In this document: positions 1-17,107 of the stretch, piece after piece
How the letters are laid out: each line of letters starts with the position of its first letter
Position numbering within the stretch: position 1 is the stretch's first letter
Source of the DNA: the human T2T-CHM13v2.0 reference genome, Homo sapiens
Direction: 5' to 3' (one strand)
Length of the DNA stretch: 64,000 nt
Assembly (NCBI RefSeq): GCF_009914755.1
Contig: NC_060931.1
The notes under the pieces: generated by a model
What the model saw: the letters and a program-made list of their open reading frames with translations, nothing else
What the model was told of the DNA's origin: nothing
Database searches by the model: none
Translations under genes and position numbers: made by a program

Positions 1-196
1 GCAAAGTACAGTTGCTATAAGCAAAGAGATTTGTTTTAATAAGATCTTTTCAGCAGATGATGGTTAGATGGTTGTAATCCTATATAAAAGGAGTTAAAAT
101 TTAAAAGTGAGTTGTTTGTGCTAAATTTATTTAATAAGATACCATTAGTGTTACACTATTGATTGTCAGTATGAAAGTTAATGAATTTAAGGTTCA

Positions 197-538
<342 letters not shown>

Positions 539-542
539 TTAG

Positions 543-839
<297 letters not shown>

Positions 840-1033
840 TAAGTGAGAGTTTCCTGCTTAGTCACAGGAGCGAATCTGGAGCTCATGAGGCTGACTCTTC
901 TAAAATGCAGCCACAGGTAGTCATCGAATCCGGCTTCCTATGCTGTGCAATCAACAAATCAAAATAACTTGTGTCATCATTAGAATGTCAGATGTGCTTC
1001 TACGAACTAAGCTGACTCTTTTAATTCTTTGGC

Positions 1034-1533
<500 letters not shown>

Positions 1534-2317
1534 TCTTAGGGCGCCTTGTCACAGGCTTCGGGTCAGACGGATTCAACCTCGCATCAGCCATTTGTTAGCC
1601 AGGTCACTCTGTTCTTTGTCTGTAAATGAGATTGATCGTTGTTCCCACTGAGAGTGTCAGCTCCTTCCCATAGAGCAGGCATGATGATTGTACTCACCTC
1701 TGACACCATTGTGAGTGCCACATTCCTTCCCACGTCCTTGTCACCGTAAGAGATGCCCACCTGAGCACCAACCCCAGGTTATCTTCCCCTTTGTCTTCCA
1801 GCCCCCCAGAAACAGCTACGACTCAACCTACCCAATCATTTCATCATCAGATTGCCACTGTCTCTAGTTCAGGTCTCTTGGGACTGGCACTCAGAAATCT
1901 CATAATAAATCCTCTTGAGGCTTCTCATACACTCGTCTTCTTCCAATCTTCTTTCCCTCAAAATCTCATATTTTGGTTCCACTTCACCCACGGTCATTCT
2001 CCATATCACTCCCAGGAGTTAGGCAAAAAGCCCCTTCCGTTCTTCCGTATGTTAAACTTAGAATCACTCTGTTCCCTGCTCTGCGTTTCTATTTTTTGTT
2101 TTTCCTCCATTTACTAGTAGCTTAACACTTTCTAACAGTGTTCTTATTATTGATACGTATCTATCTCTTCCATAAGCTTATAAGGTCATGGATAATACTT
2201 CTCATTGTAGTACGTAAATGACGTGGGCTAGATATGAGTTGAATAAACAGTTATACCTGTAAATTCTTACAGAGTGAAAATAAATTGTTATACTTTACAA
2301 TTTGTTTCTCTCTTTAG

Positions 2318-2346
2318 ACCATTTCCAGGACTTGTGATTAATAACC
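2318..2346 (+). pseudogene. GTF2IP4: GTF2I-copy 29-nt exon (PFPGLVINN)
   Basis: ctctttag|ACCATTTCC...AATAACC|gtgagt; continues the frame of the previous exon. Confidence 0.9.
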
Positions 2347-2625
2347 GTGAGTATTTTGTGAAGTGTTTTGTTTTTGTTTTTTCCTGGGGTCTGACGTGTG
2401 TGCGTGTGAGTGTGTATACATGCTTAACGTATATCACGTTACTTCACCTATGTCAGTAACCAGGCCAAATACTTGTTTTAGCCCTCAGTAAAAACACCAG
2501 GCACTTCCTAGTTGTAAAATTATTCAAGCTTCTTAACTTCCTATCCTCGATGCACTTAATCATAAAATGGTAATAATAGCACCGATTTTGGGGGAGTCGT
2601 TCCAGTAGATGGAAAGCATCTGGAA

Positions 2626-2792
2626 CAGGTGTCAGCAAGCTCCTGCCGACGTGTATGCATAAAGTTTTATTGAAACCACCATCGTGTCCATTTGTTTATG
2701 GCAGAACTGAGAGATGGCAGCAGCAAGTGTGTGCCTGCAAAACCTAAAATATTTACTAATTGGCTCTGCAAGAAAAGAGTTTGCATCCCCCT
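2626..2792. mobile_element. MER58-type hAT-Charlie MITE (degenerate)
   Basis: caggtgtcagcaagc ... taaagttttattgaaac ... cctaaaatatttactaattggc ... gtttgcatccccct. Confidence 0.65.
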
Positions 2793-3183
2793 AACCTAGA
2801 ACAGTGTCTAGCCTCTAGTATGTGTTTAGCCTACAGTATGTGCTCAGCGAATACAATCTATATTTATTACTGCTTTTATGACTGTTATAATTACTGTGCT
2901 TGGATTTCGTTACAAAGTAAGTCACAATGTGCCTGCTTCTGTTAGTATTTCAGCACAGTGCCTGGCACACATGGGGCTCTCAAATATTGCTGAGCGAGTG
3001 AACAAATGTCCTTTCAATTCCTTAACGTTGATGTCATTTTCAATAGTATTTTGAGCCAAACTTAATTTTGCGAGTGTGTTTTGTTTTCTTAACTTTATTA
3101 TTAAAAATGTATAAAAGTGAGGCCAGGCGTGGTGGCTCACGCCTGTAATCCCAGCAGTTTGGGAGGCTGAGGCAGGCGGATCA

Positions 3184-3487
<304 letters not shown>

Positions 3488-3628
3488 TTAGTGATTCTGA
3501 GGGACATATCAGAACTCTGAGGTTTGTTTCCTTCTCATCTTGAGGGAAACAGCAAATGTATGTTAAAATGCTTTTCCAAGGGAACAACACATCCTTACAT
3601 TATTTAAACCAATCTGCTTCATTTTCAG

Positions 3629-3670
3629 AGCTGGTTGATCAGAGTGAGTCAAAAGGCCCCGTGATACAAG
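3629..3670 (+). pseudogene. GTF2IP4: GTF2I-copy 42-nt exon (QLVDQSESKGPVIQ)
   Basis: attttcag|AGCTGG...ATACAAG|gtgagc. Confidence 0.9.
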
Positions 3671-4294
3671 GTGAGCGAGGCAGGGGAGGGCCCGGAGCTA
3701 CTCCTGCCTGCACAGTGGCACACATGGCGTGCCTGCGTGTGGCTTTGGCTCTCAGTCACCTGCCCTGAGGGGACTCAGTTACACAGCACACACATGCTTC
3801 TCTGTGGTTTTCACTCCTGGGTTTGACAGCTGATCAAAACATAAATTCAAGCTGTGGGTCCTGATTGAGAACTGGGGGCTGCAGACCATTTGCACCCCCT
3901 ATCCCAGCTCAGGCCTAACATCAGGAACCCCAGGATTAATGGGTAGGATGAAATGGCAGAGCAAGAGGGCCGTCACTTTAACCTGACTCTGCCATCCATT
4001 TCTAATGTCTGCCATAAGTCAGTGAGCAAAATGTTCTTCAGTAGAAATGTACAGATTGTGCTCTTAAAAAATTCCTTAAAAAACAAGTGGAATGGCCTGG
4101 TGCTGTGTGAGTCATTGAAAGTAATGAGACTGGGCGCGGTGGCTCACGCCTGTTATCCCAGCACTTTGGAAGGCTGAGAAGGGTAGATCACTTGAGATCA
4201 GGAGTTCGAGACCAGCCTGGCCAACATGGTGCAACCCCGTCTCTACTAAGAATACAAAAACTAGCCAGACGTGGTGGCGTGTGCCGGCTACTCA

Positions 4295-4399
<105 letters not shown>

Positions 4400-4768
4400 T
4401 CAAAAAAACAAACATACGAAGAAAAACAAAAAAAGTAATGAAAAGCTTTTATTAAAGGGAGTAAACAGAAGGATAAGGGAGAAAGCATAACTAAGGAGCT
4501 TGTTTTCATGGTAGAGCTATGTTAAGACTCTGCTCTTTCAAACTTCAGTTGTATATGTGAACTTAGGACCACATTTGAAAAACAGAAATTTGAAAGTACA
4601 CTTGGATAATCGTGTGCTCCATCTCAAGACCGTGAGCATTGTTTCATCATGCACCTGTGTTTGTACAGAGTCTAGAGGGCTTTTCTCCTCTTCCTCCTCC
4701 TGGGTTCTTTACATAGTATAAAGCAGCTGTTGAACAATGTGGAAATCAGTCTCTGTGTTTCTCTTTAG

Positions 4769-4810
4769 AATCAGCTGAACCAAGCCAGTTGGAAGTTCCA
4801 GCCACAGAAG
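4769..4810 (+). pseudogene. GTF2IP4: GTF2I-copy 42-nt exon ([14 protein letters not shown])
   Basis: ctctttag|AATCAG...ACAGAAG|gtaaaa. Confidence 0.9.
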
Positions 4811-5588
4811 GTAAAAGGGTGGGGTGGTCCTGCAAGTCCTTAAGACTTCTTCTTTCTTCTTCTTCTTTTTTTTTTTTTTAAAGACAGAGACTTGCTCTGT
4901 CACCCAGGGTGGAGTGAGGTTGCGCGATCTCTGCAACCTCCGCCTCCCGGGCTCAAGCAGTTCTCCTGCCTCAGCCTCCCGAGTAGCTGGGATTACAGGC
5001 CTGCACCACCATGCTTGGCTAATTTTTGTATTTTTAGTAGAAACGGGGTTTCACCATGTTGGCCAGGCTAGTCTCAGACTTCTGACCTCAAGTGATCTGC
5101 CAGCCTTGGCCTCCAAAGTGCTCGGATTACAGGCGCGAGCCACCTTGCCCAGCCAAGACTTTTTTATCAGGACAAAGGATTGTGCATTTAAACTATTTCA
5201 CTAGAACTGGGTGGTGGTTTTGCTCTCTTTCTTCTGGGTGAATTGGATTTGCAGGTTATGCTGTTGAGTGATGACGCATAGCTGCTTTTGCTCCATTTTC
5301 CCCAGATGACTTGGTAAATTCTCCGTGAATGACTCTGCTACATAACCTAGATAACCTAAGTGTGTCCTTTAAATGCATGTAAGCCAGAAGATGTATGTTA
5401 CTTTGAAAACATAAGTAACAAAATTTTGAATGTATTGCTAAAGAGATGTCTCTCTGAAGCTCTTTTGATGTTTGGTGTCTTGTCCTTCTTATTAAACCAT
5501 ATCTTAGTAAATAGTTTGGTACGAATGGATTTATCACTGAGCAGGTCTGCAAAATAATTAATCGGTACCGTTTTGTTTCTGTTGATAG

Positions 5589-5664
5589 AAATAAAAGAGA
5601 CTGATGGAAGCTCTCAGATCAAGCAAGAACCAGACCCCACGTGGTAGACCTCTTCCCTCCTAGG
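5589..5664 (+). pseudogene. GTF2IP4: GTF2I-copy last coding exon (EIKETDGSSQIKQEPDPTW*, TAG 5645-5647)
   Basis: gttgatag|AAATAA...CCTAGG|gtaaat; stop codon 17 nt before the donor. Confidence 0.88.
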
Positions 5665-6357
5665 GTAAATCAGCTTCTGTGTCAGGGATGCTGTGTGGCG
5701 TCCATCTGAACCCCCTGCATACGCGTAGCTAATGTGATCTCCCCACTTTCACATAAGATGGTGGCCCTGCCTTCAGGGAATGTGGGAGCCAGGTGGGAGC
5801 CTTCCCGGATATTTAAGCTAGAAGATTCTACAGGGAGATTCTCCTTGGATCAATATATGTCTCTCAGTCAAAGATGTAAAAGCACTTTTGCCTTAAAAAG
5901 AATGTTCTGTTTCTAAATAGAGTCAACGTTGTCCTCCTCATTGGAATTCACTATGAGTCAGAATCATTAGACTGACTTTTTTTTTTCCATAGTAATAGTA
6001 TTTTGCAGAGTCTCACAGAGCTGCAGATCTTTTGTTCATCTTGCAGAGTTAACAAGTCTGATCCTGTTAGTCCAGATTTCTTAAATTTGGCCAAGTTATA
6101 ATAGGAGCAGTAGCTTGAGACCCGAAGTCAGGAAACTTTGACAATGGATTTTTTTTTTTTAATCCAGAGACTTGTACTGGAATTTGCCTTACCCTGTCAG
6201 CTCATGGACTTAAGGTTTCATCCCGCTTTATGAGTGCTTCTGAATCCAAGTCATTGTTACCTGAATTTGCAAATTAAGTTGTGATATTCGTGACTGTTAA
6301 ATTCCTGTAATTAGATTAACCTCTTTGCTTGCTTGTTTGTTTTCTCTCCTATTTTAG

Positions 6358-7497
6358 CTTAAAGTATCAGTGGTTGAGAAGAGCTTTTCGGACCTGTTAC
6401 TACCCCAAGCTGTGTAATATACTTGTATAACAGAAATACCTTCTATACAAACCTTTTTTTCTACTTTTAGATAGAAATGTCTACTTTTTCAGCAGTTCTG
6501 TGAATTAAAGAGCAGAGTGACTGTGGGTCTGGAATGGCTGGTGTACTTGGGAATGTACTATCAGGATTTTACAGCAATGCTGGGAAATGACAGGGAAAAT
6601 GACAGGAATGAATCTCACCAGATTTTTTATGTACTCAGCAGAGCCTTGAGTTACGGTGTTTATTTTCCAATCAAGTGAAGATATCTCCTACTTCTCCTAC
6701 TGGAACATCTCAGCTTCTGCAGTGAAGAAAAATTCCTGTGATAGTTCAGTTCTTTAGTTTTTCTATTTGAAAAAAAAAAATCATTTAAATGATCCTTTGT
6801 TCACGGCTCTCCTTAATGACTGAGTGAACAGTTCCTATCTGTATATTTGACTAAACCTTTTCCTAAGCTATCTCTCATGGTTCCTATGTTTTTTTATCAT
6901 AATTAAAAGCAAAACCATCTGGATCACCTAACAGTCAGAGGTCAGTATCTCAGCGTGTGAATTATAGAGGAAATACAGAGAGAACCTCTTCCACTTTTAC
7001 TTTTCGTCCAAATAAAATGCATGGTGTACCAGAAGTTGAAGATCGGGTTGAGGATTGGGGCTAGCTCGATGACACTAAGGCCCCAACATCGCGGGACCTG
7101 CTGTGGCGCGGATTCTTAGGAACGCTGTTCTAGCCGGCCCCCTCTCCAGGGGTCGCCGTGGCCGGCATTATTTCCTAGTTCTTCTTGTAACCCTGAGGTG
7201 CCAGCGCGGGGAGTGAGGAGGGGTCAGGGGGCTAAGGATGCAACCTCTGACGTTCTGCGCCTTCCTAGGAGAGTCTTACATGTGTTGAGATTTCACAAGC
7301 AATGCGAGTTGTAAAATACCAGCTCTACAAGAAGCTAGGCTCTGTGACGGCATAGTTTTCAGTAGCTTTATCACAATATTCACAATGGAGAATTATATGA
7401 CATGGTAGCAGAAATAGGCCCTTTTATGTGTTGCTTCTATTTTACCTCAAATTGTAGATATAGGGTAATCAATAAAATCCATCCATGCCTTTCACAC
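6358..7497 (+). pseudogene. GTF2IP4: GTF2I-copy terminal non-coding (3'UTR) exon
   Basis: Long polypyrimidine tract and attttag|CTTAAAG at 6357/6358; repeat-free; AATAAA at 7011 and 7471; end approximate. Confidence 0.75.
7471..7476 (+). terminator. polyadenylation signal AATAAA (distal; proximal alternative at 7011-7016)
   Basis: AATAAA at the end of the repeat-free 3'UTR exon. Confidence 0.7.
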
Positions 7498-8213
7498 ACT
7501 AAGTCATTGCTCTCTCGGCTGTTTTCATGGTCCTGTCTGGGGAAGCTTGGGGGTGGCTCGGCGTAGGTGGGACGCAGACCAAGGCCGAGGCTGGCGCTGG
7601 GCAGAGCCCGCCGGGCCTCCCGGGGACAGCGCCACTTGCGGTGTTTCTCAGACCGCTGCTGCCCATCTCCTCTGAGCGGGCCAGGGCCCCCACCCTTCCA
7701 TCTGGGCCATGCCAGCTGTGTATGGAGAGCCGCTCACATACGACATTGGGTGCCAAAAGCCCCTGCCATCGAGAGCTCATGCAGCAGTCCCTCCTGCCTG
7801 AGCCCACACACTGACTCTGAGGCTCTTCTGTTCTCAGCGTGGTCCCTGCCTCTGCCGTGCCCTATCCGCGTGTGCCAGAAAGGGAAACTGATCTCACGAT
7901 TCACCTGCCTGCTAACCTGGGAGGAGACTGCTTCTCTGATAGCATCTCACAGTTCTTTTAACATGTTCTTAAAATGTGTCCTGCCGCGCCACCCTCAGCC
8001 ACACCTCCCAGCACCCATCCTGGAGAATCAGGGCCATGGCAAGGCTGCCGTTGGCAAAAGCCCAGCTCTGCCATGAATCTCCGTTCAGTTACTGGTTTCA
8101 CACTCATTTGTGAGGTCACAGACTTGCCAAGGATATTCATGATTCAATCCATTACAACAATTCTGTGTGTACATAACACATTTTTTCCTTTCTTTTTTTT
8201 TTTTTTTTCCTGA

Positions 8214-8351
<138 letters not shown>

Positions 8352-8440
8352 TGACTAATTTTTGTATTTTTAGTAGAGACGGGGTTTCAGCATGTTGGCC
8401 AGGCTGGTCTCAAAATCCTGGCCTCAGGTATATACACATA

Positions 8441-8445
<5 letters not shown>

Positions 8446-8480
<35 letters not shown>
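8446..8480. repeat. (CA)n microsatellite
   Basis: Uninterrupted CA run between two partial Alus. Confidence 0.95.
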
Positions 8481-8482
<2 letters not shown>

Positions 8483-9043
8483 AAGGATTTAAGCCAGGTG
8501 CTGTGGTGTACAACTGTAGTCCCAGCTACTAGGGAGGCTGAGGTGGGAGGATCACTTGAGCCACTGCAGTGATTACACCACTGCACTCCAGACTGGGTGA
8601 CAGTGAGACCCTGTCTCTTAAAAGAAAAAAGAAGAGGCCTTAGCTGCCTGCATTAATTAATGAACAGGCAGTGTATTTCTGTTCTTTTTTTTTTTTTTTT
8701 GAAGACGGAGTCTCACTCTGTTGCCCAGGCTGGAGTGCAGTGGTGCAATCTTGGCTCACTGTAACCTCCGCCTCCTGAGTTCGAGATTCTCCTGTCTCAG
8801 CCACCCCAGTAACTGTGATTATGGCCACCTGCCACCATGCCCGGCTAATTTTTGTATTTTTAGTAGAGACGGGGTTTCCCCATGTCGGCCAAGCTGGTCT
8901 CGAACTCCCAACCTCAAGTGATCCACCTGCCTCGGCCTCCCAAAGTGCTGGGATGACAGGTGTGAGCCACCAAACCCAGCCTCAGGCAGTGCATTTCTAA
9001 AAGGCAGATAGTGTGATTGTTCAGAGGGTGAAGGGGAAGTTAA

Positions 9044-9772
<729 letters not shown>

Positions 9773-11336
9773 GCCTCCTGATTTCATAATAATTCAAGGG
9801 ACAAACATAATTACTTCCCAGGTAAGGCAGTAGAGTGACTAAGAACAAATCCACTTCTGGACAGCCATTATATAGGGGACATTTTTATCAGAAAAACAGT
9901 AAAAGCAAGGAAATGTCTCCCTCCCAGGACTGTATGAATTAAACCCTGCCTGCTGATTGCCAAGTGACAACTCCCATTCCAAGCCCCTGGTCCTCAGTGG
10001 GGAGGAAACCAAAGCTTTGTCCCTGGAGGGAGGTCCTGCGGGAATGGCCAGGGACGCATCCGCTCTCAAATGCTAGAGCTGGCAGTTGTCATCTGCTCGT
10101 GAGAAGGTTTCGCCTTTGCCTGTCCCCACCCCCGTCCCTCCCAGGCCATCAGCGCACATCAGAGTTAGCACATTACATGATGCCTTAATCTTCTAATTGG
10201 TTTAAGTCAGCTGACATGTAAAGTGAGGTCTGGGAGACTGTTCTGGAACTGTATAGATGAGGACGTTGTTGCCCCAGTCTTATTCAGAAGCTTGAGGATG
10301 CAACTTGGACCTGGGTCTGTGGTCCCCTAGGACCTGAAACTCATATAGAGCCAGCCGCCAGTTCCATTTTGAAGTAGGTTGGTCTCTCTCTCTCTTTTTA
10401 TTTTTTGAGACAGAGTTTCGCTCTTGTTGCCCAGGCTGGAGTGCAATGGCACGATCTCAGCTCACCGCAACCTCCACCTCCCAGTTCAAGCGATTCTCCT
10501 GCTTCAGCCTCCCGAGTAGCTGGGATTACAGGCATGTGCCACCACACCTGGCTAGTTTTGTATTTTTAGTAGAGATGGGGTTTCTCCATGTTGGTCAGGC
10601 TGGTCTGGAACTCCTGACCTCAAGCAATCCGCCCGCCCCAGCCTCCCAAAGTGCTGGGATAACAGGCATGAGCCCCTGTGCCTGGCTGTAGTTTGGTTTT
10701 TCTGAGCCTCCTCCTGGTTCCCATTTCTGTTTTTTTGTTTTTGTTTTTGTTTTTTCTCCAAAGACCAAAAGTTCCACCAGAGAGGAAGATCGAGGGACCA
10801 GGCCTTTCTAGTTTCCACATTACACTCTAAGTGCTGGTCTTAGTAAATTCAAGGCACCTGGTGGGCTTGACCATTCGGGGGCAGATAATTGTTACACACC
10901 AAAGGGGCATCTTTTGGAAAGTCACTGCCCAGTAACCACTTCCATCTTCTGGAAGGTCGCTGCTCATCTTCCTAAATGGAAGCCCCAGTTTCTGGACTTG
11001 GATGTGTTTTGAGGATCTGATGTTCTCCCAAAGTGCCTCAGTTTCCCTATGATGGGGAAAGAGGAAGGGGACGGATTTTAGGAATGGAGGTGACCTGGAG
11101 GCCGCTGTCCCTGTCCTTAGACCTGCGAGTCCAGGGGGATGACCGCAAACAGGGCTGTGGGGCCTTTCTTTACTCTCAAAAGCATCACTTCCCCTGCCTG
11201 GAGTTCAGATCCTGCCTGGATCCACGGTGGGAAGGGAGCCCTGGCTCTCTGTACTTCACCCACGGCTGCCCACTCACCTGGCTCACAGGGCAGACTGGAT
11301 GCAGCTTTCAGCCAGTTGTAGAAATCACAGGTCCCT

Positions 11337-11706
<370 letters not shown>

Positions 11707-11819
11707 TCATCCTGGGAACTGGGCTAAAAACCAAGCCCAGACTGAGGCCCATGCTTTTGTCCCCCCAGCCGCCTCGAGGTCCCTCCTTACCTGCCCCCTG
11801 CACCCCTACCCCATCTTAA

Positions 11820-12044
<225 letters not shown>

Positions 12045-13861
12045 TGACCTCAAGTGATCCACCTGCCTTGGCCTCCCAGAGTTCTGGGATTACAGGCGTG
12101 CGTGAGCCACTGCGCCTGGCACCGCACCTTAATTTTGAGGAAGTGTTGGGAAAGCTGGCTCTGACATCTCTTGTGAGGCAAGCCCAGCTGGGGAAGGTGT
12201 TTCCTGCCTGACTTCCTCCCCAGAAGCAATAGCAGGGCTTGCTGTGGCATCCGCTTCCTGCGGGGGCTCAAGGTTGCTCGTTCCTCAGGCTACATAAAGC
12301 AGTAAGGACCCACCCAGGAGGACCCCTCCAGAGGTGTGAGGGCGATTTGGTGGACACAGGTAGGGCCAGCGACAGAGCAGAGGGCACACCTCCCAGAGCC
12401 CCAAATGCCACAGGCTGAGAAGGTCTAGCTCTAGCTGCATCCAAAGGACCTGTTGAACTCCTGTCCCGATTGACACTAAAACTGTCCCCTCCTGTATGGT
12501 GCCCACACCCTTCAGGGGAAACCCCTGGATAAACAGCAGTCACTGCAGGTCTCCAAAAAGACAAGGCCGGAACAGGGAACCTGGGGTGCATGTTCAGGAA
12601 GCTGTGGCAAGTGTTGACACCACAGCCCCAAGTTTCTTTTTCTGGCCCGCGGAAGATGAGCTTCAGTCCCATGGAGGTGACAAGGTTGTCCTCCTGCATG
12701 ATGGGGCTCTGCGGTGCCTCTGCGCCTGGGTAACCCCTCACCGAGAAAGCCACGTCTACAGGTCCCACCTGTCTGCAGGTGTGCCGCCCCCAACTCCAGG
12801 CCTGTGTGACTTAGCGACTGTCCCAGATCTCTCCTGGGAAGTGGCACAGGGGCCTGGCCCTCAGTGAGTCCCAGAGGGACCGCACCACCACTGACTTCAC
12901 TGTGCTGCTTGGAGCTGGGGAGATGTGGAAACGGCCACTCCAGACCCAGTGACTGGCTGGTGCTTAGGATGTGATTTCCTCATTACTGAAATTTGTTTCA
13001 AGTGTACAGAAATCACCATCGGCCACGTGCAGTGGCTCACGCCTATAATCCCAGCACTTTGGGAGGCCGAGGCGGGCGGATCACCTGAGGTCAGGAGTTC
13101 GAGACCAGCCTGGCCAATATGGAGAAATCCTGTCTGTACTAAAAATACAAAAATTAGCCGGGTGTGGTAGCGGAAACCTGTAATCCCAGCTACTCAGGAG
13201 GCTGAGGCAGGAGAATTGCTTGAACCCAGGAGGTTGGAGGTTGCAGTGAGCCGAGACTGCGCCATTGCACTGCAGCCTGGGCAACGGAGTGAGACTTTGC
13301 CTCAAAAAAAAAAAAAAAAAAAATTTCACCAAAGCCCCTGGGGGTGGTGGTGCACTGCGGAGTTTATAGCCTTCCTGGGTGGCAGAGGGCAACTGGGCCC
13401 CTGAGCACAGAAGTGGGGCTCCCGCGGGGGGTGGGGCTGGCTTGGAAGGTCCCCATTCCTGTGGTGCATATTTGATGAGGGCCCATGTCGTGCCTGGAGC
13501 TGGGCCAGAAGCCACAGTGCAGTGCAGTGGGGACAGACCCAGCCTGTCCATGGGCTTGGTTACTGTCAGCCTGGCCGTGTCAGGGAAGGCTTCCAGGCCA
13601 CCCACACAGCTGCACCACACCCAGACAAGCTCTCCAAGGGACATCATGAGACTGCTCCACTGTCAGAGCCCCGGGCCGGTGGTCCCAGCAACTTGGGGTG
13701 CCTGCTGTCCTTCATGTGACATTTTCTTCATTCAAAGCTCAATTTAAACAGCAAGAAGCCTCCCTGCCTCCTACCTGGCAATTTCCCTGCCCCGCACCTT
13801 GGAGGCAGCCCCTGCGCAGTTTGCATCTGGTGATGGCCAACGTTTGCCACCCTAGTACTTG

Positions 13862-13965
13862 ACCCTATTTAATCCTCACGGCAGCCCATGAAGTGGGTAC
13901 AGTGGTCAGTGCCATTTCACAGATGAAAAGACAGAGGCTCAGGGAGCTTCAGCCACGTGCACAGC
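13862..13965 (-). mobile_element. MIR fragment
   Basis: atttaatcctcac...ccatttcacagatgaaaagacagaggctcagggag core. Confidence 0.7.
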
Positions 13966-14161
13966 TCAGCCGTCAGCCTGCACGTCTCCCCACGGGGCCT
14001 GGGTCTCCGTCTGACTCCCCTGAGTTGAATGCCTGGGGCCTGGAGCCCATTCTCTTGTGTCCCTAGGCCAAGGGCTGGAGATCAGGTCTAGGGGAGAAGG
14101 GAATTCCCAGGGGTGTGGTTCAGGTGTGTCCTGGGACAGTCTCCCAAGGGCAGGTCCCTGA

Positions 14162-14563
<402 letters not shown>

Positions 14564-15479
14564 TAGGTACCTTGGGGCCCATCCTGCTGCCCTAGGCAGG
14601 AGGGAGAGCTGGTCCTGTGGGCTGGCCCAGGAGACGGTCACCCAGGGCTGTCCAAGGGGATGGATCCTGGCTGTCACTCGCTCAAGAAGAGGCAGCAGGA
14701 GAGGCTTAGGTTAGATCTGGGAAAGAACTGTCCCACCCAAAGGCTGATTTGCTCCAGTCCTGGGAACTGCTAGATTCCCTCTCCTGATAAAATGTCCCAG
14801 AGGGCACTGCGTGGGTCCCATGCCCTGATGCCAAGTCGCCTTTCTCCTGATATGGTACCCACTGGCCTGGCCTTGGGGATTTCCTGGTTAAAGAAATAGC
14901 GAGCTCAGCCCATCTGGGGAAAGCCAAGTGGCCTGAGGGCGGAGAAGGTGACATTTGGAAAAAGGCCAGGACTGGCAGCTCAGACCTGGAAGCCCCCACT
15001 CCCTGCCAGCCTGGCTTGAGGTGAGAGCCTTCCTCATGAGCCCCCTACCCCCACTCATTCATTCATTCATTCATTCACATTGTTCAAGGGCAAGGCATGA
15101 GAGTGCAACAGTTAAATCATGGGCCTGGGTCCAGACTGCCCAAGTTCAATCGCGGTTCTAGCCTGGCGCGATGGCTCATGCCTGTAATCCCAGCACTTTG
15201 GGAGGCCGAGGCAGGCAGATCACTTGAGGTCAGGAGTTCGAGACCAGCTTGGGCAACATGGTGAAACCCCATCTCTACAAAAAATACAAAAATTAGCCGG
15301 GCGTGGTGGCACGAGCCTGTAATCCCAGCTACTCGGGAGGCTGGCACAGAATTTCTTGAACCAGGGAGGCGGAGGTTACAGTGAGGCAGGATTGCGCCAC
15401 TGCACTCCAGCCTGGGTGACACAGCAAGACTCTGTCTCAAAACAAAAACAAAACAAATCCCAGTTCTGCATATACCAGC

Positions 15480-15612
15480 TGTGGCAATCTGTTTTCCTCT
15501 CTGTTTTCCCATCTGTGAAGTGGGGAAAATTGTACCCACTCCCTGACAGCCTCCTTGTGAGGAGAAGATACGGTCATAAATAGAAAGCACCTAGAATAGT
15601 GCCTGACGTAGG
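15480..15612 (+). mobile_element. MIR fragment
   Basis: ttcccatctgtgaagtgggg...ttgtgagga...aaagcacctagaatagtgcctgac. Confidence 0.65.
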
Positions 15613-15783
15613 GCAGGGCGGCGGGGTGCGGGGGGCCCTTCCTATTAGCACTCGGGACGTGGGGGAATTCTTGGGGCCCTGGTATTGTTCTAACACCCAG
15701 TGATGGTTCACCAGCTGTCTCCTTTATAATAATTAGGTAAGAGATGTGGTTTTCTACATATTTCACAATACAAACATTTTTAG

Positions 15784-16170
<387 letters not shown>

Positions 16171-16774
16171 TAAAAAAATTATTTGGTACCTTGTTTCATC
16201 CATGCATTAAATTAAATCCTGGCCAGACACAGTGGCTTATGCCTGTAATCCCAGCATTTTGGGAGGCTGAGGTGGGAGGACCACTTGATACTGGAGCTTG
16301 AGACCAGGCCGAGCAGCATCTCGAGACCCCGTCTCTACAAAAAAAAAAAAAATAATAATAATAATAATAAATAAAAAGTGGAAAAAATCCTATGTCATCC
16401 TGAAAAAAGGCTGTAAGCCTGCTTACAGAGGTCATTACAAGGTCAAACTCAAGTTCAGAGCGCTTCCTGCCTCTGCTCATCCAACAAACTTGCTGGATAC
16501 CTCCTGTCTGCAGAGCACTTTGAGGGAACATAACAGGGTCTTGGGAGGCCACAGGAGGAGAGTTGAAAGATCACAGCCAGGGGCTCAGGGTGTCCACAGG
16601 ACAAGTACCCTTGGCCAGGCAGTTACGCAAGTGTGGAAAGACCGCTAGAGGAAGGGAAGGAAGTGCCGAGAGCCCACAAAATTCTCTGCTTACAACCAGC
16701 CCCACTAGAACCTTCCTCTGCCCTGCCTCGACATGCCCAGGAGAGCACCGCTGCAGGTCTGGCCTCTGTGCTGA

Positions 16775-17107
<333 letters not shown>

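Noticed and set aside
7625-7645. CTCF-like motif (cagcgccacttgcgg)
   Set aside because: Only the GTGGCGC half matches; too weak to call.
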